Assembly: GCA_965113315.1 (NCBI GenBank)
Contig: OZ220364.1
Origin: Podarcis vaucheri
Taxonomy: Eukaryota
Strand: one strand, 5' to 3'
Length of the DNA stretch: 64,000 nt
How positions within the stretch are numbered: the first letter of the stretch is position 1; each line of letters starts with the position of its first letter. The position numbers and the translations under genes were made by a program. Under the pieces are notes generated by a model. It was not told where the DNA came from, ran no database searches, and worked only from the letters and a program-made list of their open reading frames with translations. This document shows positions 50,484-63,166 of the stretch, one piece after another.

Positions 50484-50996
50484 TCCAATACTCTGGAGAG
50501 CTATTTGGGAAAGTACAGGTGCCTACAGGTGAGAAGTTAGTACAGGTAGGAATGGGATAGCTGTTTGCCCTGTCCATGTCTGAGCTAGGAGACACACAGA
50601 TATCTTGGCATGATGCCCACAATCTTTTGCTGGGTTCACACTGGCTTAGGCTCATTGTGCACAATGAAAGTCAGTTATGACTTAAGTCCCACTACCGTAA
50701 GTGGGATTAAACTGCACAGTTAAATGCTTAAGTCATGGGAGGCTTAGAGCTTCCAGTGCAAGCCCCACTTATGTCCTCCATGCGACGCATGCACAAATGC
50801 AGGGAGAAACGATCGCAGGTGGATGCAGCTGGCAGCGACCTATGTCACTTGCTGTGCTTCTGCCAGCCACTGTTTTGCTACTTCTTTACGGTTGGCTAAA
50901 GCTTTTCTCCAGCGCTTCGTTGGAGAGGTCTAGGAGAGCTGTTTTGTTCTAGGAGAGATGATTACTCAACCTCACACATGTTCTGATTTTCCTACG

Positions 50997-51032
<36 letters not shown>

Positions 51033-52090
51033 TTTTCCATGTTCCAAGTCCGCAGCCAATGCTGTTCTCTGACGATGGAAGTTCTTACTCTTTGTTTTCC
51101 TCTAATTCAGATCTGGCCTTTATAAGAGACCTGCAGCTTCTTTCTCAGAGGGTGGAGTTTCTCACTGTACATGGACCATTAATCCTCATTGCTCAGGGGG
51201 CTGGATTTTAGGAGAGGAGTAATCCATTTCTCTTTTTAATACAATTCCCTTTGTAGGAAAAATAAATAAAAAATAAACCAGGACTGTGTTGATACTCCAA
51301 CATTGCTTCAGGCTGTAACTAAGAAGCTAACCTCAATTTAATTCCTGCTGCTTATATGTTTCATAGGCAGATGCACCAGGTCCTGTAAGTGTCTGCTGAG
51401 TTAATATTAGGTGGCGGCAGGAGCGGGGTGGGGGTGGGGAGAAAGACATAGGCATTTAACGTGGCAATCTCACTGGCTCAAGAAAATGACTTGATTGTAC
51501 ACGTTTGGGTTTCTGAAGAGCGGTAATGAACTAGAAGACAATTATTGCACACATTATCTCATTTCATTTCTCATTTACCCAGTAAAATTGGCTTTAAAAC
51601 ACCAGTCCTGAAGGCTGTGTGTCGAATTTGCTTTGAAGAGCAATCTAGCGAGAACTCGCCAAGACGCTTTTCATATCTCCCCAACCACAATATTGTCCCT
51701 TATTAATCTGGTGTAACCGTAGCTGGGGGGGCACGGGCAGGGGGGCAATTGAGTGGATTCAAAGCCATAGGAGAGCAGCTGTTTTAATATTAGTTCTTTG
51801 TGAGTGTTTAGGAGGAGGGAAAATGGGCACAGTGTGGCATGACTTTGGAATTGGGCCACTCCTCTTCTGTTCGTGGAGCCCCCTCATGCATAAGGTATGT
51901 GAAGAAGCCTTCAGTTGTGCCCAAGTAAGGGATGCATATGCTTAATTTGTACTGCTTCATTTTAAATCAAGTTTTATTATTAAGTGTAATTTCTTGATAC
52001 TTCGTTGAATGCATTTTGAGATGTTGTGCCCTACCCTGGGACCATGTTGTGAAAGGTAGGATATAAATTAGGGCTGACGATTGTCTAGTC

Positions 52091-52311
52091 CCCTGGTTCC
52101 CAATGTGAGGCACACACCCCACAGGGGGGTAATTTGATTGGGGGGGGGATTCAATAATGCGTTATTAACAGTGAATGGCCTTTTAGGCTTCCTCCATGTG
52201 AATAGGAGTTAATTTTTTGAATAATAAGAATTATATGTCACCGGGGGTGGGGCACCAGGATTTTAGAGATGCTTAGGTGGGGCATGGCCAAAAAAAGGTT
52301 GGGAACCACTG
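52091..52311. mobile_element. hAT non-autonomous element
   Basis: Ends ..TGGTTCCCAA / TTGGGAACCACTG; perfect 8-bp TSD GTCTAGTC. Confidence 0.82.
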
Positions 52312-52434
52312 GTCTAGTCCAATATGGGCTGTATTGGACCGAAAACAAGCCTGCGTTAGTGAACCAAGAACCATTATGCAGGCAAAAATGCTTTGTAAAA
52401 AAAGTGTCAGCTAGATAACACTGGTTTGCAAAAT

Positions 52435-52435
<1 letters not shown>

Positions 52436-52512
<77 letters not shown>
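52436..52512. repeat. (TTG)n(TTA)n microsatellite at the tail of an L2-like fragment (52510-52610, minus strand)
   Basis: Seen directly. Confidence 0.95.
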
Positions 52513-53589
52513 TATACCCCGTACATCTGGCTGGGCTTCCCCAGCCACTCTGGGCAACTCCCAACAGAATATTAAAAATAGAATCAAGCAATTAAAAACT
52601 TCCCTAAACGTGTGTATTTTAGGCAAAATTGCTTTACAAAGCATTTTTTGGTGCTAAAATGCTGACGAATTTTCAGGAGGCCTTTTTAAAAAAATGAAAT
52701 CATGCCCTGGAGGTGGAAATGTGGAGGACCAAATTTAAGACTGAAAGATGGAACACTGAAATTGTCCAATTCACCCATTCATAGCTGTTGCGTTCAGGTC
52801 CTGCCTATGGGCTTCCTATCACAATTGGCCACTGTGAGAACAGAATGCTGAATTAGGTGGGCTTTGGCCTGATTCAGGTGGGGAGTCTTCTTTTGTTCCT
52901 CATCTGGTCCATCTTCTTCTCCCCAGGTTAAATTAGGCCACAAAGGCCACGGTGCTCCCCTGTTTGTCCCCTGACAGAAGCCGGGAGAGATTTTATTTAT
53001 TATTATCATTTTCTGTATCAGACAAAGAAAGGGAAACATAATGGAAGAGGAGAGCAAGATATCAGAATGTAAAAGAGGGTGGAAGCGAACAGGGACACCA
53101 TAGTTTGGTCTAGTCTCTTTCTCCTTTCTGATTTCAAGAAGTATGAGGACCCTAAATTTCACATTCCCCAATTAACTGAGCAGTGAGAAGTTCAAGGGCA
53201 GCACTTACCCAGCTTTCATCTCTTCGGAATAAGTGCTCACTGGATACTTTATCTTGTTTTTGCAGTCTTTGGTTATTTGCAAATTGACTTGTTAACCATA
53301 AGGTGGAAGCCGACTACACTTCTGCAACCAGCAAATTCACTGCCCCACATGAGATTCCCAGAGAGGAAAAGGCTTATTTTTTCATTATTCTTGAGACATA
53401 GCGAGAACTAGAGTGTACAACAGCATAGTGAAGGGCTGAATAAACCCATAAGCTTAAAAAGTGTTACAGAAAGCCTGGAAGCTTTGGGTCATAATACAAT
53501 ACCACAGTATGCAACATCTTGCATATACACATCTTTGGAATAATGTCCAAATAAAGACTGAACATGACAAATGTTTGTAACTAGAAATG

Positions 53590-54372
53590 TACTTAGGCCT
53601 CCTCACCCAGTAAAGACTCTCCTCCTGGAAGAGAGGGGAGTGGTTGTGGGCGGGAGCGTTAGCCCCCTGCTTCCCACTCACCTGGCTGGCGCCCACGCCC
53701 ATCGGCAAGCACCCAACCAGGTGCCTCCGAGGGGGCGTGTACAGCAGCCCCGCCTCAGCCTCACTCTTCGTCGTCCCGTCGCGAGTCACCCACCCACCAC
53801 TCCCTTTGAGCTCAGGGTCTTAGTTTTCCTTGGCCTTGCTATGGACCTTAGGTTGGTCGCCCTGGTTGTCCGGGGGGCCTGGTAGGAATTTTTCCATTTG
53901 GCATTAGGCTTTTTGTTTTTTTTTTGCCTACCTTGTAGCAATCGTCACAACTTTCGTGATATTGGTGGGTAGGTTAGGCATTGGAATAATGTGTTGTGGT
54001 GTCGAAGGGCTAGGTGTGGCCATCGCCTGCGCCTTCAATTTTTGGGTATTCCGTTAAAGGAATCCGGAAGTCGTGTATTCTGTCCGATGCCTGCTTGGCG
54101 GGAGGCCATGGCATGACCCTTGGTGACATCAGGGGAGAGCCTATAGTTGGATTAGCATCAATAGGCTCCACCTACTGGTGAATAAACCCCCCTTGTTTCA
54201 GACTCACCCCTCTCTGAGGGAGTGGAGTCAGCTGACGTAATCCCATGCCCAAGCCAATACCTTTTCACTTGCTGTAATCAATAAAGTTGTGGCCTTTTCT
54301 TGCCCATTAACCTTATATCACGTGTCCTTGTGTATTCATTCCACTTTGGGGGGATCGGGTCCTCAAACCACA
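53590..54372 (+). mobile_element. Probable retroelement terminal repeat (LTR or DIRS/Ngaro-like), unclassified
   Basis: Abrupt GC/CpG-rich block ending in TCAATAAAGTTGTGGCC plus a U5-like tail. No clear TSD or ORF; boundaries approximate. Confidence 0.4.
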
Positions 54373-54611
54373 ATATATCGCAAGTATGATGAAAGATTCT
54401 ATCTACATTTTTTGTTGTGCCCGTTAAGAAAATGCATGACTCTGTTAAGCTTTCTGCCAACATCCTTAAGTGTTTCCGTAAGGAACTCTGGTGTACAAAT
54501 TTGTTTGTTATGGTTTGTAATGCAATTTGCAGCTAAAGTTCTTAAAAAATAATCAAAGGAGAGTTTCCGAAGATTGGGCTTCTGACTAACTAGATGGCCA
54601 TTCTAGCAGTA

Positions 54612-54836
54612 TGGTGGTACCTCAGGTTACAGACACTTCAGGTTACAGATGCTTCAGGTTACAGACTCTGCTAACCCAGAAATAGTACCTTGGATTAAGA
54701 ACCGAGGATGAGAACAGAAATCGTGCAGTGGCAGCAGGAGGCCCCATTAGCTAAAGTGGTGCTTCAGGTTAAGAACAGTTTCAGGTTAAGAACAGACCTC
54801 CAGAATGAATTAAGTTCTTAGCCTGAGGTACCACTG
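54612..54836 (-). mobile_element. Tigger-like MITE family A, copy 8
   Basis: Family body, TA flanks. Confidence 0.88.
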
Positions 54837-55177
54837 TACAGAGGAATGGTGGAATGGGATGCTGATGGACTGCTTCTTAGGATGCTGCAGAGGTTTTTGC
54901 CCCAAGACATCTTTGTCCCCAAAGTTCTTACAATTTTCTTGCATCTAGTTGTTCAGCCCTCTGAGAAGTTACTCAGACCTTTCTCTGTTTCCTCTGCTGA
55001 AAGTTAATGACAAGCATGTTGTGATCATGCGTACAGGGATCTCTGTTGCCCTTTGTGGAAGACCACTTCCCTGACTGCGTGATTTCATCCAATTTATACT
55101 ATTTTATACTATGCTGATTCGTAACTTCCAAGGAGGGTAGCTCACATCTTGGTTTTTCCGTGGCAAAAGCCGGTTTA

Positions 55178-55511
55178 CAGTGGTGCCCCGCAAGACGAAT
55201 GCCTCGCAAGACGGAAAACTCACTAGACGAAAGAGTTTTCCGTTTTGGAGGTGCTTCGCAAAACGAATTTCCTATGGGCTTGCTTCGCAAGATGAAAATG
55301 TCTTGCGAGTTCCTGCGGGCGGTTTTTCCTCCCCCCCTTTTTCTAAGCCGCTAAGCCGCTTATCAGCTGATCCGATAAGCTGATAAGCCGCTAAAAGCCG
55401 CTAATAGCGCTAATCCGCTAATCCGTCAATGGGCTTGCTTCCAAAGACGAAAAAACCGCTAGACGAAGAGAATCACAGAACAGATTATTTTCGTCTGGCG
55501 AGGCACCACTG
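55178..55511. mobile_element. Tigger-like MITE family C (CpG-rich, young)
   Basis: TA-CAGTGGTGCCCCGCAAGACGAA...TTCGTCTGGCGAGGCACCACTG-TA; internal TAAGCCGC/TAATCCGC repeats. Confidence 0.85.
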
Positions 55512-55820
55512 TATTTCAGATAGCCGTTAACAGCTTCCAGCAGTTCAAGCAGAGATAATATTCATTCCAGCATTCACTCGTTCATCTAGCTCATGATTGA
55601 TTACATTAAAAGCTGTAATAATAGAAGCTTAGTGCCATTAACTCATGAGTATATATCACACTTACTGTACAAACTAATATCTGACTTACTGTGTTGCATG
55701 ACAGGAGCACGCTTGCTTTCCTTGCGCAAAATGCAAGAATGGTGCAAGTTTTATGACGTATAAAGATTGTTCTTCAAACTTTGATGTGGGGAGTGGCAGC
55801 CACTCTACCAACATCTACAT

Positions 55821-55956
55821 CTGTGTTTCCCAAACTTGGGTCTCCAGCTGTTTTTGGACTACAACTCCCATTTTCCCTAGATAGCAGGACCAATGGTCAG
55901 TGATTATGTGAATTGTAGTCCAAAAACAGCTGGAGACCCAAGTTTGGGAAACACTG
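55821..55956. mobile_element. Palindromic hAT-type MITE
   Basis: GTGTTTCCCAAACTTGGGTCTCCAGCTGTTTTTGGACTACAA arms; TSD ATCTACA(T/C). Confidence 0.88.
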
Positions 55957-56180
55957 ATCTACACATTCAGAAGACCTGGTGAGGATCTCTCCCACATGGA
56001 GGATGTCTATGCATGTATAATAATAATTTATTATTTGTACCCCCCCCCAAAAAAAAAAATCTGGCTGGGTTTCCCCAACCACTCTGGGCGGCTTCCAACA
56101 AAGATTAAAAATACATAAAAATGTCACAAATTAAAAACTTCCCTGAACAGGGAATATTGGTATATTGGTGTATATTGGTA

Positions 56181-57156
56181 CAGTGGTACCTTGGGTTACA
56201 TACTGTCAGGGTTACTTCCAGATCCTAGCTCACAGAGGATCACGCTAGCCAGCGATCGTTAAATAAAAGTCTTTATTGAGTTACAGTCTCCATTCTCGAG
56301 CTGCTGCGTGCAACCCTACGTCTTATGCTTAGATCGGCGAAGCTCCGTCTGAGTCTCCGCCCCTTGCGCACCAACTTAATATCCTAGCCCTGCTCCACCT
56401 TTTCCGCCTGACAGTTCTCCTCTGGGTCCCTCTGCCCCCCTGGGTCTCTTCCTTCCGGGATTCTTCTGACGCTGACCCCCCTGACTCTCCTGTCTCCTTG
56501 CGCCGGGCTTTAGGACCTGGCTCCCTTTCCGGGCTGCCTACTGCGCCACCTTCCTGTGCATTTGAACTTGGCGCGCGCGCCCAACCTTCCACTTTCCGTC
56601 TAACCGTCACTTCGCTCCCCGATGAAGGTGTGGCCACTCCTGACTCGTGCCCTCCCTCCTGTTGTGAGCTGCCAGCGCTTGCTCCCTGGCGCTCTTCCTC
56701 TTTCCTACTCTCTGGCGGTGACGTTGGTCCCGATCTCCAACTGCTCCCCTCTGAGTCCCCTCTGGCTCTTTCTTCCTGGGGTGTCCCCCTAGTCTCCCCC
56801 CTTGCCCTGGCCACTGGTGCTCCTTTTTGTGAATCTTCTGATTCACTGGAAAGACTCGGAGATCTCGGGTCGTCGTCATCACTCATCCTTTCTTCTGCCT
56901 CCTCCCCCTCGCTCTCTGTTTCCTCCCTTGCCCTCGCCTCTGCTCCTGAACCCCTGACACATACGCTTCAGGTTACAGACTCCACTAACCCAGAAATAGT
57001 ACCTCGGGTTAAGAACTTTGCTTCAGGATGAGAACAGAAATTGCGTGGCGGCAGTGGGAGGCCCCATTAGCTAAAGTGGTACCTCAGGTTAAGGACAGTT
57101 TCAGGTTAAAAACAGACCTCCTGAGTGAATTAAGTTCTTAACCTGAGGTACCACTG
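56181..57156 (-). mobile_element. Tigger-like MITE family A, copy 9, split by a solo LTR
   Basis: 56181-56203 and 56960-57156 rejoin as GGGTTACATAC|GCTTCAGG. Confidence 0.9.
56204..56959 (-). mobile_element. Solo LTR (Gypsy- or ERV-like), 756 bp
   Basis: TG...CA termini with an 8-bp inverted repeat TGTCAGGG/CCCTGACA. 5-bp TSD CATAC at 56199-56203 and 56960-56964. Minus-strand AATAAA at 56277-56272. Confidence 0.85.
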
Positions 57157-57309
57157 TACACCCTTCCAATGTGCAACCAGTGGGTGGCATGGCTGCTCTT
57201 GTGTTGTAGGGGTGGAAGCTGGGCACAATCCTGCTCCCTTAGCAACAAGTTCATATGAACATCCTCTGGATAAGCACTGAAGTCCTGGTGATTCCACTGG
57301 AACCCTATC

Positions 57310-57560
57310 ATTCCAGTTGCTACCAACCTAGATGGCTTTAAAAGATGGATTAGACAAATTCACGGGGGAGAGGGTGATCAATGGCTGCTAGCCACAGATG
57401 GAGGCATCAGTGCTTCTGAATACCAGTTGGCGGAAACCACAGGAGGGGAGAATTCTGCTTGCTAGTTTCCCATGGCCATCTGGTAGGCCACTGTGGGAAC
57501 AGGAGGATGGGACTAGATACGCCAGTGGCCTGATCCAGCGTGCTCTTCTTATGTTCTTCC
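57310..57560 (+). mobile_element. Old CR1 3' fragment
   Basis: GATGGCTTTAAAAGATGGATTAGACAAATTC...GGCCTGATCCAGCGTGCTCTTCTTATGTTCTT. Confidence 0.75.
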
Positions 57561-58674
57561 CATGTTTTTATGACCTTATTCTCTGAATTGTGCCTAATGC
57601 CTTTGATCTTTGAAGTTCTCTTAGATCACCAGCTCACATTGTCAGAATCAGAGCAGCTGTTTATTTTGATTTTATCAACTTCCAAAGTTGGCTCGTGGCA
57701 CAAGTAAAAACTAAAAATGGGGGAAAGCAAGATTCCCTCTCCGAAAGATGACTGAAGTTATGACCACCAAAGTTTCATTTTCTCCACTGTCTGAAAACTA
57801 TTTGTATTTTTCTCCCCTTTACCGAGTGAAGATTAGGAAATCAGTTTTAATTATTACTTATGAGGCACCATATGGCTACTCTATAATTTTGGCTTCCCAT
57901 TGAGCCTCGTGTGCGTATGGAAAATGAAATTAATTAGGATTCACACTTTGAAATCTATTATTAACTTAATAAAGCTGGCAGCTTGTAGGGTGCCTTCGTA
58001 CACTGTGTGATGTAATTGTTTATGATAACAAGCCACTATTTATAAAGCCACATAGGAAATCTGACACACATGGGGAGTAAAGGTCAAGAAAGAGAGTCTA
58101 CAAGGTAGATATCATTTCTATCCAAAGTAGTGCTTTGCAATTAACTCTGCACACATCACACACAAAAAAACCCTTTCAGCAGCTTTGACTAAATTCAGCA
58201 GTATTTCCTTTGAAGCTGAGGACTGAAAACACAGTGGTGTGCAGTCTGCAAAGGCTGAGATGCTAGCCCATTAGGTCCTGTATATCAGCTTCCCCAATCT
58301 GGAGCCCTCTAAAAGTTCTGGCCTACAACTCCCCATCATCCCTGACCACTGGCTACAATGGCTAGGGCTGATGGGAATCGTAGTCCAAAAGATCTGGAGG
58401 GCACTATGAGTAAGGACGGCTGGTGTGCAGGGAGAATTGGGCTTGCTTCTCATGCAGTCTGCTTTGTGTTTGCCCCACTAGAATCCCCTTGAATAATCAA
58501 TATGTGTTTAGCTTTATGAAGTTTATGAAGTGCAGACTCAGGAACTCTTTGCATTTAAGGCATAATTAAACTGGTCAAGTGATCTTGAGAAGGCACTCAG
58601 CGTAAGCAAACGTCAGGTTTGCCCTGCTCAATCAGACCAAGGTTTGTTTTCCTGTGCTAGCATTCTGTCAACTA

Positions 58675-58925
58675 CAGTCGTACCTTGGAAGTCGGAATGG
58701 AATCCATTCCGGAAGTCCGTTTGACTTCCAAAACATTCAAAAAACCAAATCCTGCAGCAGTTGGCTGCAGGAAGCTCCTTCAGCCAATCAGAAGCTGCGG
58801 AAGCCCCGTTGGACGTTCAGGTTCCAAAAGAACGTTTGCAAACCGCAACAGCCACTTCTGGGTTTGCATTGTTTGGGAGCCAAAAGGTCCAAGTTCCAGG
58901 GCATTTGGGATCCAAGGTACGACTG
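58675..58925. mobile_element. Tigger-like MITE family B
   Basis: TA-CAGTCGTACCTTGGA...TCCAAGGTACGACTG-TA, a perfect 15-bp TIR. Confidence 0.88.
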
Positions 58926-59479
58926 TATTTGAAAGTCGGTGGCCCACAAGTGAATTGCAGCTACTTTCTGCCCAACCGTGATGTGTATGTATGTATATAT
59001 ATAGGTTTGATGCTGAAATATCACTAGGATGCAGTGGGCTTGTGTACAAGATCATTTGATGTCTCTTATTGTTTTATGCTAAATGCTTACAAATATTTAA
59101 GCAGCTCTTATAACTGGAATCCATAAGGTGTTCCTATCTCTCGTCTTTATTTAGCATTCTGTAGCTGTGTGGTTCTAGAATAAATTCAACAACATATGAG
59201 TGTTTTAAGGCTGACATCTGCGCTACAGAAATGTGGCATTTTTAAAAAAAACCACAAGATGTAGTATTGTTAAAGAGCTAGCAAGACTTCAGCATTCTTT
59301 TGCAATTAATACTTGATTATTTATTTTTATTTGTACGCTGGCTGCCACTGAATGTTATATATATATTTCTTTTCCTCCGTTCCCTTGCACCTTGCAGAAA
59401 ATTGTGAATGCATTACACTGTCCCTTAGCTGACTCAAGCTATGAGAATTCTTTTCTCACGGTTCCTGATTTCCTTTGAG

Positions 59480-59764
59480 CAAGGGTTCTCAACGTGTCGC
59501 CACGAACCACGAGCTCCCTTCAGGTCGTCCGTGGCATGTTTGTAAAGAACACTTACAGTTTCAATTCTAAAGAATTCTGTGGAATTCAAATTAGAATGCA
59601 ATAAAATGCAATATAAGAAAACAAAGAAGCAATAAACATATAACTAGAACCCATGCAGCATCTAACAGTTGCTACAGCAGTCAGAAAAATATCATGAAGT
59701 GGCCTGCCTGGACCCTCAGCAATTGTCAAGTGGTCCATGGGGAGAAATACTTGGAGAGCCACTG
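59480..59764. mobile_element. hAT non-autonomous element (degraded)
   Basis: Ends CAAGGGTTCTCAA / GGAGAGCCACTG; 8-bp TSD CCTT(T/A)GAG. Confidence 0.65.
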
Positions 59765-60529
59765 CCTTAGAGCAAAGACTCCTTTGCTCAAATATGGAAT
59801 AGACACATCTCAACCATCTACACTTCTAATACACAATAGCACAGCCAGTCTCAAACTAGTAGACTCCAGATTTTTCAGACTACAATTCCCTTCAGTCCCA
59901 GTCAGGGCTGCCAAACGTTAGTATTTTCTCTTCAGTTTAATATGTCTGACAGGAACTTACAGAGATCCTTCCAGTTTGTACCTCTTTCCTACTCTGGGCA
60001 GTGACAATCACCCGCACATCCCCATCTCTGAAGACTTTGGTGCTCTACCTCATGTTGATCCAGATTCCCCATTGGTTTGGCTTCTGCCTGTCCACCTCAG
60101 TGTCAAACAAGATATAGGTGAGGTAATTTTTTTGTTTGCGAGTTTAATACGTCTGGCATATAAGTGGAACTTGGCAGCTTGCTCAAACTGTTAGGCTTGC
60201 TAGATGTTGAATTTATATTCCTTTTTTATATTGTGTCCTGCTTATCTCTCTCCCCATACCCTCAATCATTAGCTTCCTAAAATAAGCCCCTTATCATTTG
60301 GGATCCTGGCGATTGACTGGTAGTTTTCAACCACTACTGTTTATCTTCCACGAGTCACACTGCTTGGGAACATGTTCCAAGGTCTGTGCAAACACATTTG
60401 TGAGAGGATAGGCTGACTCTTGCAGGCATCTGCAACAGGAGAGAGTCTGATGACAGGTTCCCAGTTCGTAGGATAAAAGCCTGAAGGTTGTGGGGATCCC
60501 TTCTGCTCATTAGCTTAGGGGCTCATCAA

Positions 60530-60830
60530 CTATTGCTGGCATCCATCTGTCTTGGGAGACAATGGAGGAGTGCACCCATGGGAGTGAAGTCAAACCATTG
60601 GAGAATTACAACGCCGGCTATGGCTGTAGAGATCAATATGGGAGCGGCATGTTTTGCTGCAGCTGGGGCACATGAAGGCATCTGGTTGAGTTGCTGCAGA
60701 TGCATTGTGGCGTTCCTTCTCTCTGTGCTCCTCCCAGTGGTCATTCCTCCTCTGGTCACTGCTATGGATGCACAACCTGACTGTCTGTCTCCAGCACTGT
60801 GGTCATCTGCAAGGGTTTATGTTTCAAGCC
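60530..60830 (-). mobile_element. RTE-clade LINE 3' fragment (not BovB)
   Basis: Minus strand LADDHSA...FMCPSCSKTCRSHIDLYSHSRRC, the C-terminal zinc-finger-like motif of RTE-clade ORF ends. Confidence 0.75.
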
Positions 60831-61809
60831 TCTCGTTTGCAGACAGCTTAGGTGGCAAAAATAATTTGCCTCCCAGTTGCTAAAAAACTATGGACATTGG
60901 GATGCAGAAAGGGGAGGTATGGGGGAGTCCGAGAAAAGAGGTTTATGAAAAAATGTTATGAAACTATACGTGTTTGTATGTCTTTTTATGTGTTTGTTTG
61001 TCTTAAAAAACTTTGTAAAACCAATAAATTTTTTTATAAAAAATAATAATTTGCCTCCCCCCCCCCTTTCAGCCTAAAAATTTGGAGCTTCTAAGGAACA
61101 ATTCAGAAGTTTAGTAATTATATGTTTAAAATAAAGGTGTGATGCTTATTTACTTAGCAAAATGGGTAGCATTACAAGAGATGGCATGTGTCTGTAGTAA
61201 GAATTTCCAAATTTCACTTCATATGGGAGATTGGGGCAGCCATGATTGAATGGTCCTCCATATAAGATGATTGCTCTGCATGTTATGGGGTTGAGTTCAG
61301 GTGTAACAGAAAGCCATGGTTTTTGCCAGCCTCGATTAAGAATTTACACCTTACTTGAGCTTCCTTGTGTAAAACAGGAAAACCATAGTTTTGAATTGTT
61401 TTCCTGGTTTCCCCCATCTCCTCAGTTCTTGGCATTGTCAGTTTGTTCCCATCTCTATGGTAAAGCAGCCTGTTGAGATGGAGCAGTTTGTGTAACCATG
61501 GTTTGTCAGTGAAATAGCAGCAACTCCGAAATAGCAGCAAAACATAGTTATCACAAATTGTAGTGTCAAACCAGTTTCAAACCGCAGCATCAGATTCCCA
61601 AGCAGCACCAAACCAAACCACAATTTGTGGGCTTAACCGATTTCAGATGCTAAAGCAAACCATAGTTTTGTTTTATGTTTGAACCCAGCTTGGATATAAA
61701 GGAGAAGAGTTCTAACCTAACCTTCTTCTTAACATTTCTAATGATCCATGTGCATGAAACTTCTTTAAAAAAATATAGACCTGGGCATTTACGTTATAGG
61801 TAAACAATA

Positions 61810-62035
61810 CAGTGGTACCTCGGGTTAAGAACTTAATTCGTTCTGGAGGTCTGTTCTTAACCTGAAACTGTTCTTAACCCAAGGTACCACTTTAGCTAAT
61901 GGGGTCTCCCGCTGCCACTGCGCCACCAGAGCACAATTTCTGTTCTCATCCTGAAGCAAAGTTCTTAACCCGAGGTACTATTTCTGGGTTAGTGGAGTCT
62001 GTAAACTGAAGCGTCTGTAACCCGAGGTACCACTG
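61810..62035 (+). mobile_element. Tigger-like MITE family A, copy 10
   Basis: Perfect TIRs, TA TSD. Confidence 0.9.
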
Positions 62036-63166
62036 TAATGAATACCTGTCATGTACTCATTACATCCACCGGAATGCTCTCCTCAAAGCTGTCTTTTATT
62101 TTAAAACAGTTTTTGGAGATGGGCTCAAAATTTGTATGTTGCAGAATTACCAGTGCTCATTTTATTATTTGTTCTGGTGTATATTAAATTATAAAATGGT
62201 GGTGCCTGCTTCTGAGGAGACTTCATCTCTTTGCAGTAGTTAATATGTACTAGTTGCCTCGGGGCCATAATATTTCTCTCTCTCTCTCTTTTGTACTGTT
62301 TAATGCAGTCACTTTTCAGTGGTGAAGTGGGGGAGCTCAATGCTGTGAATGCTAGCAAATAAAAACTCTTGGCAGATTCGCCTCACACCCTTCAATAAAC
62401 AGGGCAATAAGGCGCGTTCAGAAATAAATATATGCCTCACTTTCCTTCTGCGGTGTTTCTGTATGTAATTAGTCTGCGGTTCCCTGCCCCCTTTTTGTTT
62501 TGTTTTCCTCCTTTTGAATATAGCCCATACATCTATAAGCAGTGGCATCTATAAGGAGTGTCCCTCTGTAGCTTGGGTGAACTGTGTTCCCTCGATTCTC
62601 GATGGCGTTAGACATGAAAATAAGCTTTTGACCAGCAATTTCCAATTACTCAGCCTTCACTGCACAAAAAAGAAACATCATAACGAATTCCCGTCAGATT
62701 TCCACTCCATTCCCCAATCCCTTTCATTTTTATTCCTTTTATTTATTTTTTTGCTCTCCTTGTGTCTGTGTGTGAAATTTGCCCCTAAGCAGAAAGGTCA
62801 GCACAAGGACAGCGAGCCAATTTAGTTCTGTTTAGATCATCCAAAGAAGACTTGAATAGTACACACATCTCTTTGCACAGAGATGGGCTCCATCCTCCCT
62901 GTGTCTTATATTTGACTGCTCACATCTATCAAATGGATGCCAAGACTCCACAGGTGATTTTTTTTGGGGGGGAGGGGGGTCGTCACTTGCCCTGTGTGAA
63001 AGAGCCAGGCAGGTGATGACAACATCTTTACTTAAACATTGCCCTGTCTTCTACCTCCTCCTGAGCTGTTCATATAAGCAGCTTTCTCTCCAAAGAACAT
63101 TTGCTTGTCGGATTCAATGTATTCTGTTGTAGTTTTTTTCTTTCCCTCCTGCTGGTGGGCGAACTG

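Noticed and set aside
52411-52657. Poly-Asn and poly-Leu ORFs
   Set aside because: Translations of a (TTG)n(TTA)n microsatellite.
56498-57031. 177-aa plus-strand ORF over the LTR
   Set aside because: Antisense shadow of the compositionally biased LTR. It starts at a TTG and runs out into the MITE, so it cannot be an element gene.
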